Assembly (NCBI GenBank): GCA_041664245.1 | Contig: JBAYLC010000002.1 | Location: 11,593 to 75,592, forward strand | From: Minisyncoccota bacterium | GTDB taxonomy: Bacteria; Patescibacteriota; Minisyncoccia; UBA6257; 2-01-FULL-56-20 | Reading direction: 5' to 3' | DNA: 64,000 nt | Part shown: piece after piece, positions 26,076 to 36,168 of the stretch | How the letters are laid out: each line of letters opens with the position of its first letter | Position numbering within the stretch: position 1 is the first letter of the stretch | The notes under the pieces: model-generated | What the model saw: the letters and a program-made list of their open reading frames with translations, nothing else | Database searches by the model: none | Told to the model about the DNA's origin: nothing | Position numbers and translations under genes: made by a program

Positions 26076-27569
26076 ATGGAGGAGGAAAATTTAGAGCGAG
26101 AAAAAATAGGAAATAAAAGTAAGTTTTTGATCCTTGGGGTTGTCGGAGCTTTGTTTTTTTTGGTTTCCGGTTTTTTACTAGGAGGAGCGGCGGCGAGACA
26201 AAATTCTGACGATAAAAATTTTTTGTCGGGAGCATTAGCGGCTATTTCGGACACTTTTGAGAACGTCTTTGGTTCGAATAAAGAAAATCCGGTTTTGGAA
26301 TTTTCGTTAGATAGCGGTAAGGAAGGAGATTTTTCTTTCGCAGAAGAAAAATTGGGAATGGGCGGAGTGAAAAAAGATAATCCACCTCTTCAAGGGGAAA
26401 TAGAAGCCACGAGTAAAATTAGTTCTGGGCAAAAAAAAATGGCGGGGGCGGCTCAATTTAAAGATAAAGGAAGTATTTCTTTGTTGGCTGATTCGAATTT
26501 TAAAAATAATCCGCCACTCGCCGCCACCGATAAAAATTTCACTTTGCAAAATTGTAATTTTGATTTGCTGGCGGAGCCGAGCCACGAGATTATTTTAAAT
26601 GAGATCGCGTGGATGGGGACTGATGTGAATTCTAATGACGAGTGGCTTGAGTTGAAAAATAATTCAGCGAAAGAAATAAATTTGGGGGGTTGGCAGATAA
26701 AAAATCAGAAAGACAACTTAAGAATTTCTTTTACCGAAAATAAAATTTTACCGAGTGGGGGGTTTTTTATTTTAGAACGGACTGATGATAGTTCGGTACC
26801 GGCGGTGGCGGCTGATTTTATTTACAGCGGAGCGATGAGTAACGACGGCGAGTGGTTCAGGATTTTTGATGGCAAGTGCAAGGTAGTTGATGAAATAAAC
26901 GCTTCGTTAGGTTGGGGGAGATTTGGCGGAGAGAATTCACCGAAAAAAACCTTGGAGAGAAATTTGTATGATTTAAATTGGCATACAAGTTCTATCGCGG
27001 GCGGAACGCCGAGAATAAAAAATTCAGAGATGGTTTTAGTGAGTTCAACGGCTAGCGCAGTATCGCCGTCAGAAGCACCAGCTGCGCCGAGCCAACCACA
27101 AACATCCTCGACGATTCCGGCGGTGGCACCGACGATAATAGTAAGCGAGGTGATGGTTGGAAGTTCTGCTTCGGCGGGATACGAATTTATTGAAATTTAT
27201 AATTACGGTAGTGAAGTGATGGATTTAACCGGTTGGGCGATAAAAAAGAAAAGCTCTAGCGGAAGCGAATCGTCGCTTGTCTCGGCAAGCCGACTTCAGG
27301 GGAAGACGGTAGCGCCCGGGAAATATATACTTTTGGCTCATGAGGAGGAATATACGGGGCCGGTTTCGGCTGATGTTTTGTGGCCGAAATCGTATACTTT
27401 GGCTTATACCAATAATGCGGTGGTGGTTTATGACTCAAGCGGACAAGTGGCGGATCAGGCAAGTTGGACAGAGATTCCAAAAGATCAAAGTTACGAAAGA
27501 GCGACGCTTACAAAAGAAACAGCATTTACACTCCAGGCAAATCCGAGCCCGAAAAACTCTGGAATGTAG
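26076..27569 (+). CDS. Membrane-anchored protein with two lamin-tail domains
   Basis: IILNEIAWMGT..DEWLELKN..LGGWQI and IIVSEVM..EFIEIYN..DLTGWAI. Confidence 0.85.
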   Translation: MEEENLEREKIGNKSKFLILGVVGALFFLVSGFLLGGAAARQNSDDKNFLSGALAAISDTFENVFGSNKENPVLEFSLDSGKEGDFSFAEEKLGMGGVKKDNPPLQGEIEATSKISSGQKKMAGAAQFKDKGSISLLADSNFKNNPPLAATDKNFTLQNCNFDLLAEPSHEIILNEIAWMGTDVNSNDEWLELKNNSAKEINLGGWQIKNQKDNLRISFTENKILPSGGFFILERTDDSSVPAVAADFIYSGAMSNDGEWFRIFDGKCKVVDEINASLGWGRFGGENSPKKTLERNLYDLNWHTSSIAGGTPRIKNSEMVLVSSTASAVSPSEAPAAPSQPQTSSTIPAVAPTIIVSEVMVGSSASAGYEFIEIYNYGSEVMDLTGWAIKKKSSSGSESSLVSASRLQGKTVAPGKYILLAHEEEYTGPVSADVLWPKSYTLAYTNNAVVVYDSSGQVADQASWTEIPKDQSYERATLTKETAFTLQANPSPKNSGM

Positions 27570-27581
27570 TGTGATAAAATA

Positions 27582-28112
27582 ATGCCAACAATGCGAACAT
27601 ACACGAACACTGCTAAGCGTGGGAATAATGTTGGTCGCTTGATCGTGATTCTTCATAACATTCGAAGCGTGTATAACGTTGGTTCAATTTTTCGAACCTG
27701 TGATGGTGCCGGTGTTAAAAAAATTTATTTGATTGGGGCGACGCCGACACCGCTCGACAGGTTTGAAAATTTTCGAAAAGATTTCGAAAAAGTTTCTTTG
27801 GGAGCGGAGAAGACGATGGAGTGGGAATACTCAAAAAGTTTTTTAGCGGTTTATGAAAAACTGAAAAAGACCGCCGGCGGGCAAATTGAAATTTTAGCGG
27901 TGGAGCAGGATAAAAATTCGATTTCGTATTTTAAATATAAAAAGGGCAAAAAAAACGTAGCTCTGATTTTTGGGGAAGAGACGAAGGGATTGCCGAAAAC
28001 TATTTTGAGTAAGGCGGATAAAATTTTAGAAATTCCGATGTGGGGTAAGAAGGAATCCCTCAATGTTTCGGTGGCGGTGGGAGTGGTGGCTTATTCGTTC
28101 GCCAATGATTAA
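27582..28112 (+). CDS. TrmH/SpoU family RNA methyltransferase
   Basis: HNIRSVYNVGSIFRT, FGEETKGL, EIPM..SLNVSVA. Confidence 0.9.
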   Translation: MPTMRTYTNTAKRGNNVGRLIVILHNIRSVYNVGSIFRTCDGAGVKKIYLIGATPTPLDRFENFRKDFEKVSLGAEKTMEWEYSKSFLAVYEKLKKTAGGQIEILAVEQDKNSISYFKYKKGKKNVALIFGEETKGLPKTILSKADKILEIPMWGKKESLNVSVAVGVVAYSFAND

Positions 28113-28169
28113 TGACTTATGTGTTTATTGGTAAATGAAGATATAGATAAGATATAATCAAGTTAATAA

Positions 28170-28631
28170 ATGGGTAATAAAAAAGTGTTAATAATTTTAG
28201 GAATTGTTATATTGGCGTTTATCGTTTTCGGATATTTGTTCTTTGGCTATCGAGGCGGGAAATTAGAAACCAAATTTTTGAAAGTAAATGGAGTGGAATT
28301 TTCGGTTGAGATGGCGGATACAACTCTTAGCCGAATGAAGGGACTTTCGGGGCGAGATGGTTTAGTTGAAAATGAAGGAATGTTTTTTGTTTTTGATTCG
28401 CCGGCTAATCAGGGTTTTTGGATGAAAGATATGAAATTTCCGATTGATATTATTTGGATTAAAGACGGAAAAATTGTCGGGTTTGTTGAAAACGCCCAGC
28501 CCGAACCAGGGAAAACTGTTTTTGGCTTGAAAATTTATAATTCATCAGAGCCGGTAGATAGGGTTTTAGAAGTGAACGCGGGGACGGTGGCGAAGTATGG
28601 TTTCGAGGTGGGTCAGTCGGTAAGTTTCTAA
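28170..28631 (+). CDS. DUF192 domain protein
   Basis: GLSGR..GMFFVF..FWMKDMKFPIDIIWI..VLEVNAG. Confidence 0.9.
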   Translation: MGNKKVLIILGIVILAFIVFGYLFFGYRGGKLETKFLKVNGVEFSVEMADTTLSRMKGLSGRDGLVENEGMFFVFDSPANQGFWMKDMKFPIDIIWIKDGKIVGFVENAQPEPGKTVFGLKIYNSSEPVDRVLEVNAGTVAKYGFEVGQSVSF

Positions 28632-28690
28632 TGGTTTGACTATTGGATTAATGGCGATTTATATTTTTGTGATAGAATAAAAAGAAAATC

Positions 28691-29728
28691 ATGGATAAAA
28701 AAAGAGTGGTCATAAATGGTTTTGGGCGAATTGGGCGGCTTTTTCTTCGCCAGGTTTTTAGTTTACCGCCGGAACAGTCTAGTTTTGAGGTGGTGGCGAT
28801 AAACGATTTGGGGGATCTTGAGAACCTCGCTTATCTATTAAGGAAAGATACCGTTTACGGAACTTACGGGCGGCAAGTAACGTGTGATAAAGAAAAGGGA
28901 GTTCTCGCGATTGACGGCAAGGAAATTAAAATCTTGCAGATAAAAGATCCGGCGCAGTTGCCGTGGAAAGATTTGGGAGTTGATGTGGTGGTGGAAGCGA
29001 CGGGAGTTTTTGAATCTTACGAAAAAGCGAAAGTTCATTTGGATGCGGGAGCGAAACGGGTGGTGATTACGGCGCCGGCAAAAGACGCAGATGGTCCGAT
29101 TGGAAAGACGATTTTGATGGGGATTAATGATGGAGAACTTAAAACGGTTAGTTTAACTTCAAATGGATCTTGTACGACGAACGCGGCTTCGCCGGTGATT
29201 GCGATTTTGTCGCAAAATCCGGGAATTTTAAAAGCGGTCCTAAACACCGTTCACGCTTACACGGCGACGCAATCAATTGTGGACGGACCGGTTAAGGGCA
29301 GTGATTTTCTCCGCGGGCGGGCGGCGGCGCAAAATATTGTGCCATCAACCACGGGCGCGGCGATTGCCGTAGCTAGAGCCTTGCCGGAACTGGCGGGGAA
29401 ATTTGACGGGACGGCGATGAGAGTGCCGGTTGCGGCCGGATCGGTGGCGGATATTGTTTTTTTGGCCAAGCGAAAGGTAACGGTTGAGGAAGTAAACGGA
29501 ATTTTAAAAGAAGCGGCGGCAAAACCAGAGTGGCAAGGTATCCTAAAGGTGAGCGAAGAATCGCTTGTTTCTTCGGATATAGTGGGCGAGCCGTATGGCG
29601 CGATTGTTGATTTAACTTTCACTAAGGTAGTGGACGGCGATTTAGTGAAGGTGTTGTCGTGGTATGACAACGAAGCGGGGTATGTTTCAACTTTAATTAA
29701 ACATGTTTCGGCGGCAGTGGCGGGTTAA
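28691..29728 (+). CDS. gap: Type I glyceraldehyde-3-phosphate dehydrogenase
   Basis: NGFGRIGR, SCTTN, PSTTGAA, WYDNE. Confidence 0.97.
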   Translation: MDKKRVVINGFGRIGRLFLRQVFSLPPEQSSFEVVAINDLGDLENLAYLLRKDTVYGTYGRQVTCDKEKGVLAIDGKEIKILQIKDPAQLPWKDLGVDVVVEATGVFESYEKAKVHLDAGAKRVVITAPAKDADGPIGKTILMGINDGELKTVSLTSNGSCTTNAASPVIAILSQNPGILKAVLNTVHAYTATQSIVDGPVKGSDFLRGRAAAQNIVPSTTGAAIAVARALPELAGKFDGTAMRVPVAAGSVADIVFLAKRKVTVEEVNGILKEAAAKPEWQGILKVSEESLVSSDIVGEPYGAIVDLTFTKVVDGDLVKVLSWYDNEAGYVSTLIKHVSAAVAG

Positions 29729-29765
29729 GAATATAGAATTAAGAATAGAGAATAAAAAATTTGAA

Positions 29766-29960
29766 ATGCATAATTGGACGGTTGATGAGGAAAAGTTGAA
29801 AGCCAATAAGGATAGATATTTAATTTGGCGGTTGGAGCAGTTGGCAAATTTTGGTTTGGATGGCGAGAAAATTAAAGCTTCCGATTTGAGAAATTTTTGG
29901 TTGGATATTGATATTGATCCGAAAAGAAAAGAATTTTTGAACTTAATTCTTAATTCTTAA
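29766..29960 (+). CDS. Small putative antitoxin partner of AbiEii-like gene
   Basis: 64 aa MHNWTVDE..WRLEQLANFGL..IDP; 6 nt upstream of the nucleotidyltransferase gene. Confidence 0.6.
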   Translation: MHNWTVDEEKLKANKDRYLIWRLEQLANFGLDGEKIKASDLRNFWLDIDIDPKRKEFLNLILNS

Positions 29961-29966
29961 ATAAAT

Positions 29967-30614
29967 ATGCTTAGCGAACGACAGCTCATGTTTTTGGAAA
30001 AGTTTAAGGGGAGCGGTTTTTTGGTTAATAATTTTTATTTAACGAGCGGAGCGGCGTTGGGGGAGTTTTACTTAAGACATAGGAAAACGCAGGGTTTGGA
30101 TTTTTTTTCGGAAAAAGATTTTAGTTTGCTCGATATTGATTTATTCATTAATGACATAAAAGGGAAATTGGGAATCGAAAAGATTGACTTTGAACAGGGA
30201 TATAAAAGAAATTTTTTCTTTTTGCATTTTCCAGGGGAAGTTATAAAGATTGAATTTACTTATTTTCCATTTCCGCGGCTTGAGCGGGGAACGACAGAAT
30301 TAGGCGTGCAAATCGACAGTTTGGCGGACATCGCGGCTAATAAAGTTTTTTCAGTCTATCAGCGAACGAAGGCAGAGGATTTTATTGATTTATTTTTTAT
30401 TTGCAAGGGGAAAGGGATTTTATTTAGGGATTTGATTTTCAAAACACGGACGAAATTCGGCTGGCAATTTGATCCAGTACAGCTCGGTACTAAGCTTTTG
30501 GCTGTTAAAGAGGTGGTGGATTATCCGATGACGATTAAGGAATTTTCCCAAAGTGATTTAGAACAATTCTTCATTGACGAGGCCGTTAAATTAAAAGACG
30601 AGGTACTTTTCTAG
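29967..30614 (+). CDS. AbiEii/AbiGii-family nucleotidyltransferase with degenerate motifs
   Basis: FYLTSGAAL..HRKTQGLDFF, DIAANK, DFIDL. Confidence 0.8.
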   Translation: MLSERQLMFLEKFKGSGFLVNNFYLTSGAALGEFYLRHRKTQGLDFFSEKDFSLLDIDLFINDIKGKLGIEKIDFEQGYKRNFFFLHFPGEVIKIEFTYFPFPRLERGTTELGVQIDSLADIAANKVFSVYQRTKAEDFIDLFFICKGKGILFRDLIFKTRTKFGWQFDPVQLGTKLLAVKEVVDYPMTIKEFSQSDLEQFFIDEAVKLKDEVLF

Positions 30615-30747
30615 AATTTTTTGATTATTTGCGATTTTAAGAATTGGGTTATCCACCTTTTTCAGCGATTTAAGGGCGGATGTGATACAATTTAAATAGA
30701 AAATATAAACAAAAAGGTCTTATTTTAAAAATCAGGTGAATTTTTAT

Positions 30748-33700
30748 ATGAAAAAAATATATTTGCCGCTTTTTTTGGCGGTGGTAGTTGGGGTAGGTTT
30801 TGGTTTAGTTCCAAAGGTCCAGGCTGCAACTAATTTTATTCGTCCGATCAGCGGGGAGACCTTGGAAGTCGGTAAAACTTATCCGATTTCTTGGTATGGC
30901 ATTGGTACGCCAAATACGGAATGGCGGCTTTTCTATAGCGCCGTTGGAGGAAGCAAGGTGGAAATTATCACAAAGGGAACTAAAGATTTTAGATATGATA
31001 ATGCGATTTTCAGCGGAGGAGGAACGCAATATACAGCGAATATGTATTATGATTGGCTGGTTCCACAATTAGCTCCGGGATCTTACAAATTAATAAAAGA
31101 GTTAAGAGCTTATGGGGTTCTTGAATCGACAGATGAAAGCGCAGTTTTTAATATTGGTGGTACGGGCAATCAGGGACAGAGCACAAAGTTTATTATTGGC
31201 GATAGAGTGATAACAAATATTGGTTCGGTTAGGGTCCGAGGTATTTTTGGGCAGATAATTTTGACATTACCAGCGCTTAGATTTCAAGGTACGGTTGTTG
31301 GCGGACCTAAACTTATTGTTCCTCCCTCGGTTTCTTCTCCTACTTGGTTTTGGGAAATTAATTTTGACGATCCAAATGCGTCGGATGGATATGTGGCGGA
31401 GCAGTTGTTGGACAAAATACCGCCTCCGAGCACCACGTTTGCTATTGGCGACAGGGTTAGAGAGAATGCCGGCGGTACGGTTGTTCGGGTTTCGCCGGAT
31501 ACATACGCGGCAAAAATAGCGACGGTTAGGGGTTTCGATCAGGGAGTGATTGTTGGCGGACCGGTTTATGGCGTTTATCCTAATGGAAATTATGTTTGGA
31601 GATGGAAGGTGAGTTGGGAGGGAAGACAGTATGGGGATAGTAAATTCGAGGGTTGGTCGCCGGAGGAGTTATTAATAAAGGAAGTAAATTCAAAATATTA
31701 CAGCGCGACTTGTAATAAGTTTTTACAAGACGGACAAACAAGGGAAAGTTTTATTGTAAAGGGATCTCTTTCGGGCGGCGCTCACGGGGTGGCGACTGTT
31801 AATTTTTGGCCCATGATGCCACCGCCGCCGGTGATTGCTCCATCTTCTCCTTTTGGCAGTTTCATTCCTTTCGGTCCCACTCCTTTACCGTTCAATAATA
31901 ATTTTATCGGGTTTGAACAGGCTGGGGCGACCGGCGTTGTTTACGGCGGTCCGACGTATATGCAGGGAAATTGCTGGTGGAAAACTTATTTCCTAAATAA
32001 ATCGCCTCAGGGATGGATGGTAGATTCTGAACTTACTAAAAGCGTTACTGCACCACCTACAGTGACGTCCACCAAGCCAATTGCTAAGTTTAAAACCGGT
32101 GATGTGGTTAAGATGATAGCAGTCGGAGCGGTTAGATCGTCGCCGAGTATAGTTAATCCTTTTAATTGTGGCGAACCGGGAGGGGGAAGTTGCGATTCTA
32201 ATGTTGTTCGACAGGTTACAGCTGGAACTAGGGGGACAGTTAAGTACGACCCGTATTATAATCCCGACCGGAATCGATACTTTTACTATATCGAGTTCAA
32301 TGATGGAGGAGCGAATGGATATGTCGAGGAATTTTACCTGGATTTTTACGCCCCGCCGATAGAAGTTTCTTGTGCTGGTGTGAATTTTATTAACGGCGAC
32401 AGGATAAAAGTAAAAAATTCAGCTGGAGCTGCGGTTCAGTCCGATGACCCCACTCTACCCTGGTCTTTAGGCGGTAAGCCGCCGACTAGGCGGGGACTTA
32501 ATATTATTGGTTCCCAGCCTTTTGGCGCCTTGGGGGCAGTGATGGGATCTCCTATTTCCACGAGTGATTACTGTGCAGTGAAAGTTAATTTTGATAGCGG
32601 AACGGATGGATGGGTATCTTCGGATGATATTGAAAAGTTCACTACAACGACATTAAAATTTTCTATCGGTGATAGGATAATAACAACTAAGCTAACTGAT
32701 TTATTTAATGACAGCGGAGCGCCGTTTAATTTATTTTACGGATCAGCCCAAGATGAGGCGCGGCAGGGAATGATTACGGCTGGGCCGAAAATTATTAATT
32801 CTAAAACATTTTGGAAGGTGGATTTTGATTTTAAGAGCGATCCTGGCGTTGCGGCGCCACAAGGAATTGTCTATGACGGTTGGGTAGAAGAGAGTTCGAT
32901 TAAAAAATTCGTAGCGAGCGATTATCCGTTGCGCGGAGCAGGGTTTATTTCTCCGATTCAGGGAGATCAGTGGCTGAATTCAAATACGAATAAATGGTAC
33001 ACGATTTCCACCGGAGATCAGGCGACGACGGCGGGGAGTTTTTGGAAAGGGGTTTATGGATATGGCGATACAAATATTTACTTGAGGAAAATTGGCGATG
33101 TTAATTCGGAAACGCTTTTTAAGGATGGCACTGGATGGGTAGTGAAAGATGGCGTGATGAGTAATAGCTGGCGACCATATCTCTATCCAGTTGGATCCTA
33201 TCAGTTTGTACTCAAGGATTCACACGAAGGCTGGGTTTACCGAACTAGTGAAAGCGGAATTTTTAGTATAGTTACTTCAAATATTCCAATTACTCCAACG
33301 TCAACGATGGGAGGGGTGATAATCGCAAGTGATAGTTTTACGAGTCCAACAACAATCGGGGTTGGTGTTTCCGGCCAATGGAGGATAAAGGCCACCGATC
33401 AGAACGGATATGATTTAACTTATAGGGTGGTTTGGGGTGATGGACGATATGATACAAACACATTGATGAGTGGTAGTACGGTGGTTGTTAGACACGCCTT
33501 TTTAAACACCGGTAATTATACGGCCACGCTCAGTGTTACTGACAGGAATAATATAACGGTTTCAAAATCTTTGACGATCACGGTGGATAATAATGGAACT
33601 GGGAATACTAATCAGCCGCCGGTTATTTCGAGAGTGAATGGACCAACCACTCTTATTACAGGTCAGAGCGGGACCTGGACAGTTCAGGCTTCTGACCCAG

Positions 33701-35985
33701 AGAATGGAATGCTTAGCTATTCGGTGCAGTGGGGGGATGGACAAAAGATAGCTCCCACCCAATCTCAAACTGCGCTTGGGGGGTCTCAGCCGGCTACATT
33801 TTCTCACGTTTACCAAAGTACTGGTACCTATACGATCGTAATTACTGTTACGGATAATGGCGGTTTCTCGACTACCACGAGTTTGGCAGTGGTAGTTTCT
33901 AATATTGTTTTAAATCCCACTTCAAGCAAATTTAGAATTGGCGATCGAGTTGAAGTTACTGCTGATTTGCGCGCTAGGAGTAATCCGACTATGAGTGGAA
34001 GTATAGCAGGTGTTCAAGTAGCCGGGTCTTTAGGGACGGTTACCGGCGGTTCGGTTTGGGCAGATAATTATTTCTGGTGGGAGATTAATTATGATAACGG
34101 AGCTGATGGCTGGTCTGTAGAAGATTATTTAAAATTAGCCACCGGAGTAAATCCGCCACTCGATAACATTGTGCCTACCGTTACTATATTATCTCCAGTT
34201 TCCAATAGCACGGTTACTGGCGCTTCGGTATCGCTTAGCGCGAGTGCTTCGGATAATGTTGGAGTAGCTGGGGTTCAATTCAAACTTGATGACCAAAATC
34301 TTGGCGCTGAAGATGTTACTTCCCCATATTCCATCGCTTGGAATACTGCCCAAACTACAAATGGTTCCCATATTTTAACGGCAGTGGCTCGCGATGCGGC
34401 TGGAAACTTGGGCACCTCGCAAGCGATTAGTGTCGTGGTTTCTAACACTGCCACTAATCCTGTTTCGAGTAAGTTTAATATTGGTGATCGAGTTGAAGTT
34501 ACCACTGATTTACGCGCCAGACTTACTCCAGATTTAACTGGAAATATTTCGGGTGTCCAGACAGTCAGGTCTTTGGGGACGATTACTCGCGGTTCGGTTT
34601 GGGCAGATAATTATTTCTGGTGGGAGATTAATTATGATAACGGAGCCGATGGCTGGTCGGTGGAAGATTATTTAAAATTAGCCACCGGAGTAAATCCGCC
34701 GCCAGTTAATAATCCTCCAACTATAACCGCGGACAGTTTTGTAAGTCCGACGAACGTGACGGTTGGCACGAATAATTGGTGGAGATTGCAGGCTTCTGAT
34801 TCTGATAGTCCAGGGCCTCTTGGGTATTCGATTAGTTGGGGAGATGGCGGAACGGATAATTTCTCGATCGGCAACGGCGAACTGAAGCAAGCTTTTCACA
34901 CTTACAACATTGCCGGCACTTATACGGTTGTGTTTACGGCTACTGACTCCTTGGGAGCTTCAAAAACAAAATCTTTAACAGTCGTGGTGGCTGGCACCGG
35001 AACTGGAAATACTGGTGAGCCGATTGTTATTAATCCTTCTAGTTTTACCAGTCCGACGTCGGTGAAGGCCGGGGAAGAGAATTGGTGGTTAGTGCAAGCG
35101 GTGAATCCAAATCATAATGGGGCCTCGCTTAGAGTAGATATTGTTTGGGGCGATGGCAGTCAGAGCGGCTACGGGAATATGTTCACTTGGATTATTGGCA
35201 GTGGGCAAGGATTGAGGGCTTATCATACCTACGGAACGCCGGGAACTTACACGGCTAAACTGAAGTTAACAGAAGAGATTATAGGGAGCTCGCAAATTCC
35301 GAAAGCGACAATCTCAAAGGATCTTCAGATTACTGTTCTTCCTTCGGGTCAAGGAAGCTTGGCACCGCTTATTCCTGACTTCACTTTTTTGGGACCGACT
35401 TACGTGAAAAGCGGAGCGCTTAATTCTTGGAAGATTCAAGCCCAAGTAAAAGTTTCGGCTTCGATGCTTTACAGCATTAACTGGGGAGATGGAACGTCCA
35501 GCGGCCAGAGCTTAAATAGTAATCAAGAAATAGTTGTTTATCACACCTACAATCAAAACGGAAATTTTACTGCCCTACTTACCGTGACAGATGCCCTAGG
35601 GGGTAAGTCTACAAAATCGCTCGGGGTGGCGGTGGTGGCGCCGAGCGTGGCTCAAAATCAGGCGCCTGAAATTATTAAATTCTCGGGGCCAACGGATGTT
35701 AAGGTTGGGGTTTGGAATTGGTGGGATTGGTTAGCGATTGATCCGGAGAGTGGGGCGCTTTTTCCCGCGAACGGTGTGAATAATTTTTCGGCTTCCGTTG
35801 ATTGGGGTGATGGGAAAACGTCATCTTGTAACGGTTGTCGCAACGATATTCTCCATATTTCGTTTTTCTCTCATGCTTATGAACAGGCAGGAAATTACAA
35901 CATGATTCTTACTATTAGTGATGGAAAAGGGGGAACGGTGACGAAGTCAACTCCGATTGTTGTTTCGGCTAGTGCGGCGCAGTAA
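30748..35985 (+). CDS. Giant secreted surface protein with multiple SH3b-like, PKD-like and Ig-like domains
   Basis: Signal peptide; about eight F.IGDRV..G.V.GGP..W.INFD..DGW..E repeats; about six WGDG..H.Y..G.YT domains; one DNVGVAGVQF..ARDAAGN Ig-like domain. Confidence 0.85.
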   Translation: MKKIYLPLFLAVVVGVGFGLVPKVQAATNFIRPISGETLEVGKTYPISWYGIGTPNTEWRLFYSAVGGSKVEIITKGTKDFRYDNAIFSGGGTQYTANMYYDWLVPQLAPGSYKLIKELRAYGVLESTDESAVFNIGGTGNQGQSTKFIIGDRVITNIGSVRVRGIFGQIILTLPALRFQGTVVGGPKLIVPPSVSSPTWFWEINFDDPNASDGYVAEQLLDKIPPPSTTFAIGDRVRENAGGTVVRVSPDTYAAKIATVRGFDQGVIVGGPVYGVYPNGNYVWRWKVSWEGRQYGDSKFEGWSPEELLIKEVNSKYYSATCNKFLQDGQTRESFIVKGSLSGGAHGVATVNFWPMMPPPPVIAPSSPFGSFIPFGPTPLPFNNNFIGFEQAGATGVVYGGPTYMQGNCWWKTYFLNKSPQGWMVDSELTKSVTAPPTVTSTKPIAKFKTGDVVKMIAVGAVRSSPSIVNPFNCGEPGGGSCDSNVVRQVTAGTRGTVKYDPYYNPDRNRYFYYIEFNDGGANGYVEEFYLDFYAPPIEVSCAGVNFINGDRIKVKNSAGAAVQSDDPTLPWSLGGKPPTRRGLNIIGSQPFGALGAVMGSPISTSDYCAVKVNFDSGTDGWVSSDDIEKFTTTTLKFSIGDRIITTKLTDLFNDSGAPFNLFYGSAQDEARQGMITAGPKIINSKTFWKVDFDFKSDPGVAAPQGIVYDGWVEESSIKKFVASDYPLRGAGFISPIQGDQWLNSNTNKWYTISTGDQATTAGSFWKGVYGYGDTNIYLRKIGDVNSETLFKDGTGWVVKDGVMSNSWRPYLYPVGSYQFVLKDSHEGWVYRTSESGIFSIVTSNIPITPTSTMGGVIIASDSFTSPTTIGVGVSGQWRIKATDQNGYDLTYRVVWGDGRYDTNTLMSGSTVVVRHAFLNTGNYTATLSVTDRNNITVSKSLTITVDNNGTGNTNQPPVISRVNGPTTLITGQSGTWTVQASDPENGMLSYSVQWGDGQKIAPTQSQTALGGSQPATFSHVYQSTGTYTIVITVTDNGGFSTTTSLAVVVSNIVLNPTSSKFRIGDRVEVTADLRARSNPTMSGSIAGVQVAGSLGTVTGGSVWADNYFWWEINYDNGADGWSVEDYLKLATGVNPPLDNIVPTVTILSPVSNSTVTGASVSLSASASDNVGVAGVQFKLDDQNLGAEDVTSPYSIAWNTAQTTNGSHILTAVARDAAGNLGTSQAISVVVSNTATNPVSSKFNIGDRVEVTTDLRARLTPDLTGNISGVQTVRSLGTITRGSVWADNYFWWEINYDNGADGWSVEDYLKLATGVNPPPVNNPPTITADSFVSPTNVTVGTNNWWRLQASDSDSPGPLGYSISWGDGGTDNFSIGNGELKQAFHTYNIAGTYTVVFTATDSLGASKTKSLTVVVAGTGTGNTGEPIVINPSSFTSPTSVKAGEENWWLVQAVNPNHNGASLRVDIVWGDGSQSGYGNMFTWIIGSGQGLRAYHTYGTPGTYTAKLKLTEEIIGSSQIPKATISKDLQITVLPSGQGSLAPLIPDFTFLGPTYVKSGALNSWKIQAQVKVSASMLYSINWGDGTSSGQSLNSNQEIVVYHTYNQNGNFTALLTVTDALGGKSTKSLGVAVVAPSVAQNQAPEIIKFSGPTDVKVGVWNWWDWLAIDPESGALFPANGVNNFSASVDWGDGKTSSCNGCRNDILHISFFSHAYEQAGNYNMILTISDGKGGTVTKSTPIVVSASAAQ
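34046..34700 (+). repeat. 112-bp direct repeat (34046-34157 and 34589-34700) in duplicated SH3b-like domains
   Basis: Three differences, all synonymous third positions. Confidence 0.85.
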
Positions 35986-36006
35986 TAATAAATAGTTTTC
36001 CGGTAT

Positions 36007-36039
36007 AAGAGCGGTTTCGCCAAGCGGGACCGCTCTTTT
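36007..36039 (+). terminator. Intrinsic terminator
   Basis: AAGAGCGGTTTCGC-CAA-GCGGGACCGCTCTTTT. Confidence 0.8.
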
Positions 36040-36168
36040 GTAACTTTTTGCGGTGTTTTGGCGTATAATTATTGGCGTTGGAATTCGCCTGAATTATCGG
36101 GCGTTTAAGGTCGATAATGAAGGACTAAAAAATAAAAAAGAAATATAAAAAACAAACAAAGAGAAATT

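Noticed and set aside
34046-34700. Near-identical 112-bp repeats as a DGR template/variable pair
   Set aside because: No reverse transcriptase in the window; both copies are in frame and the differences are synonymous and not adenine-specific.
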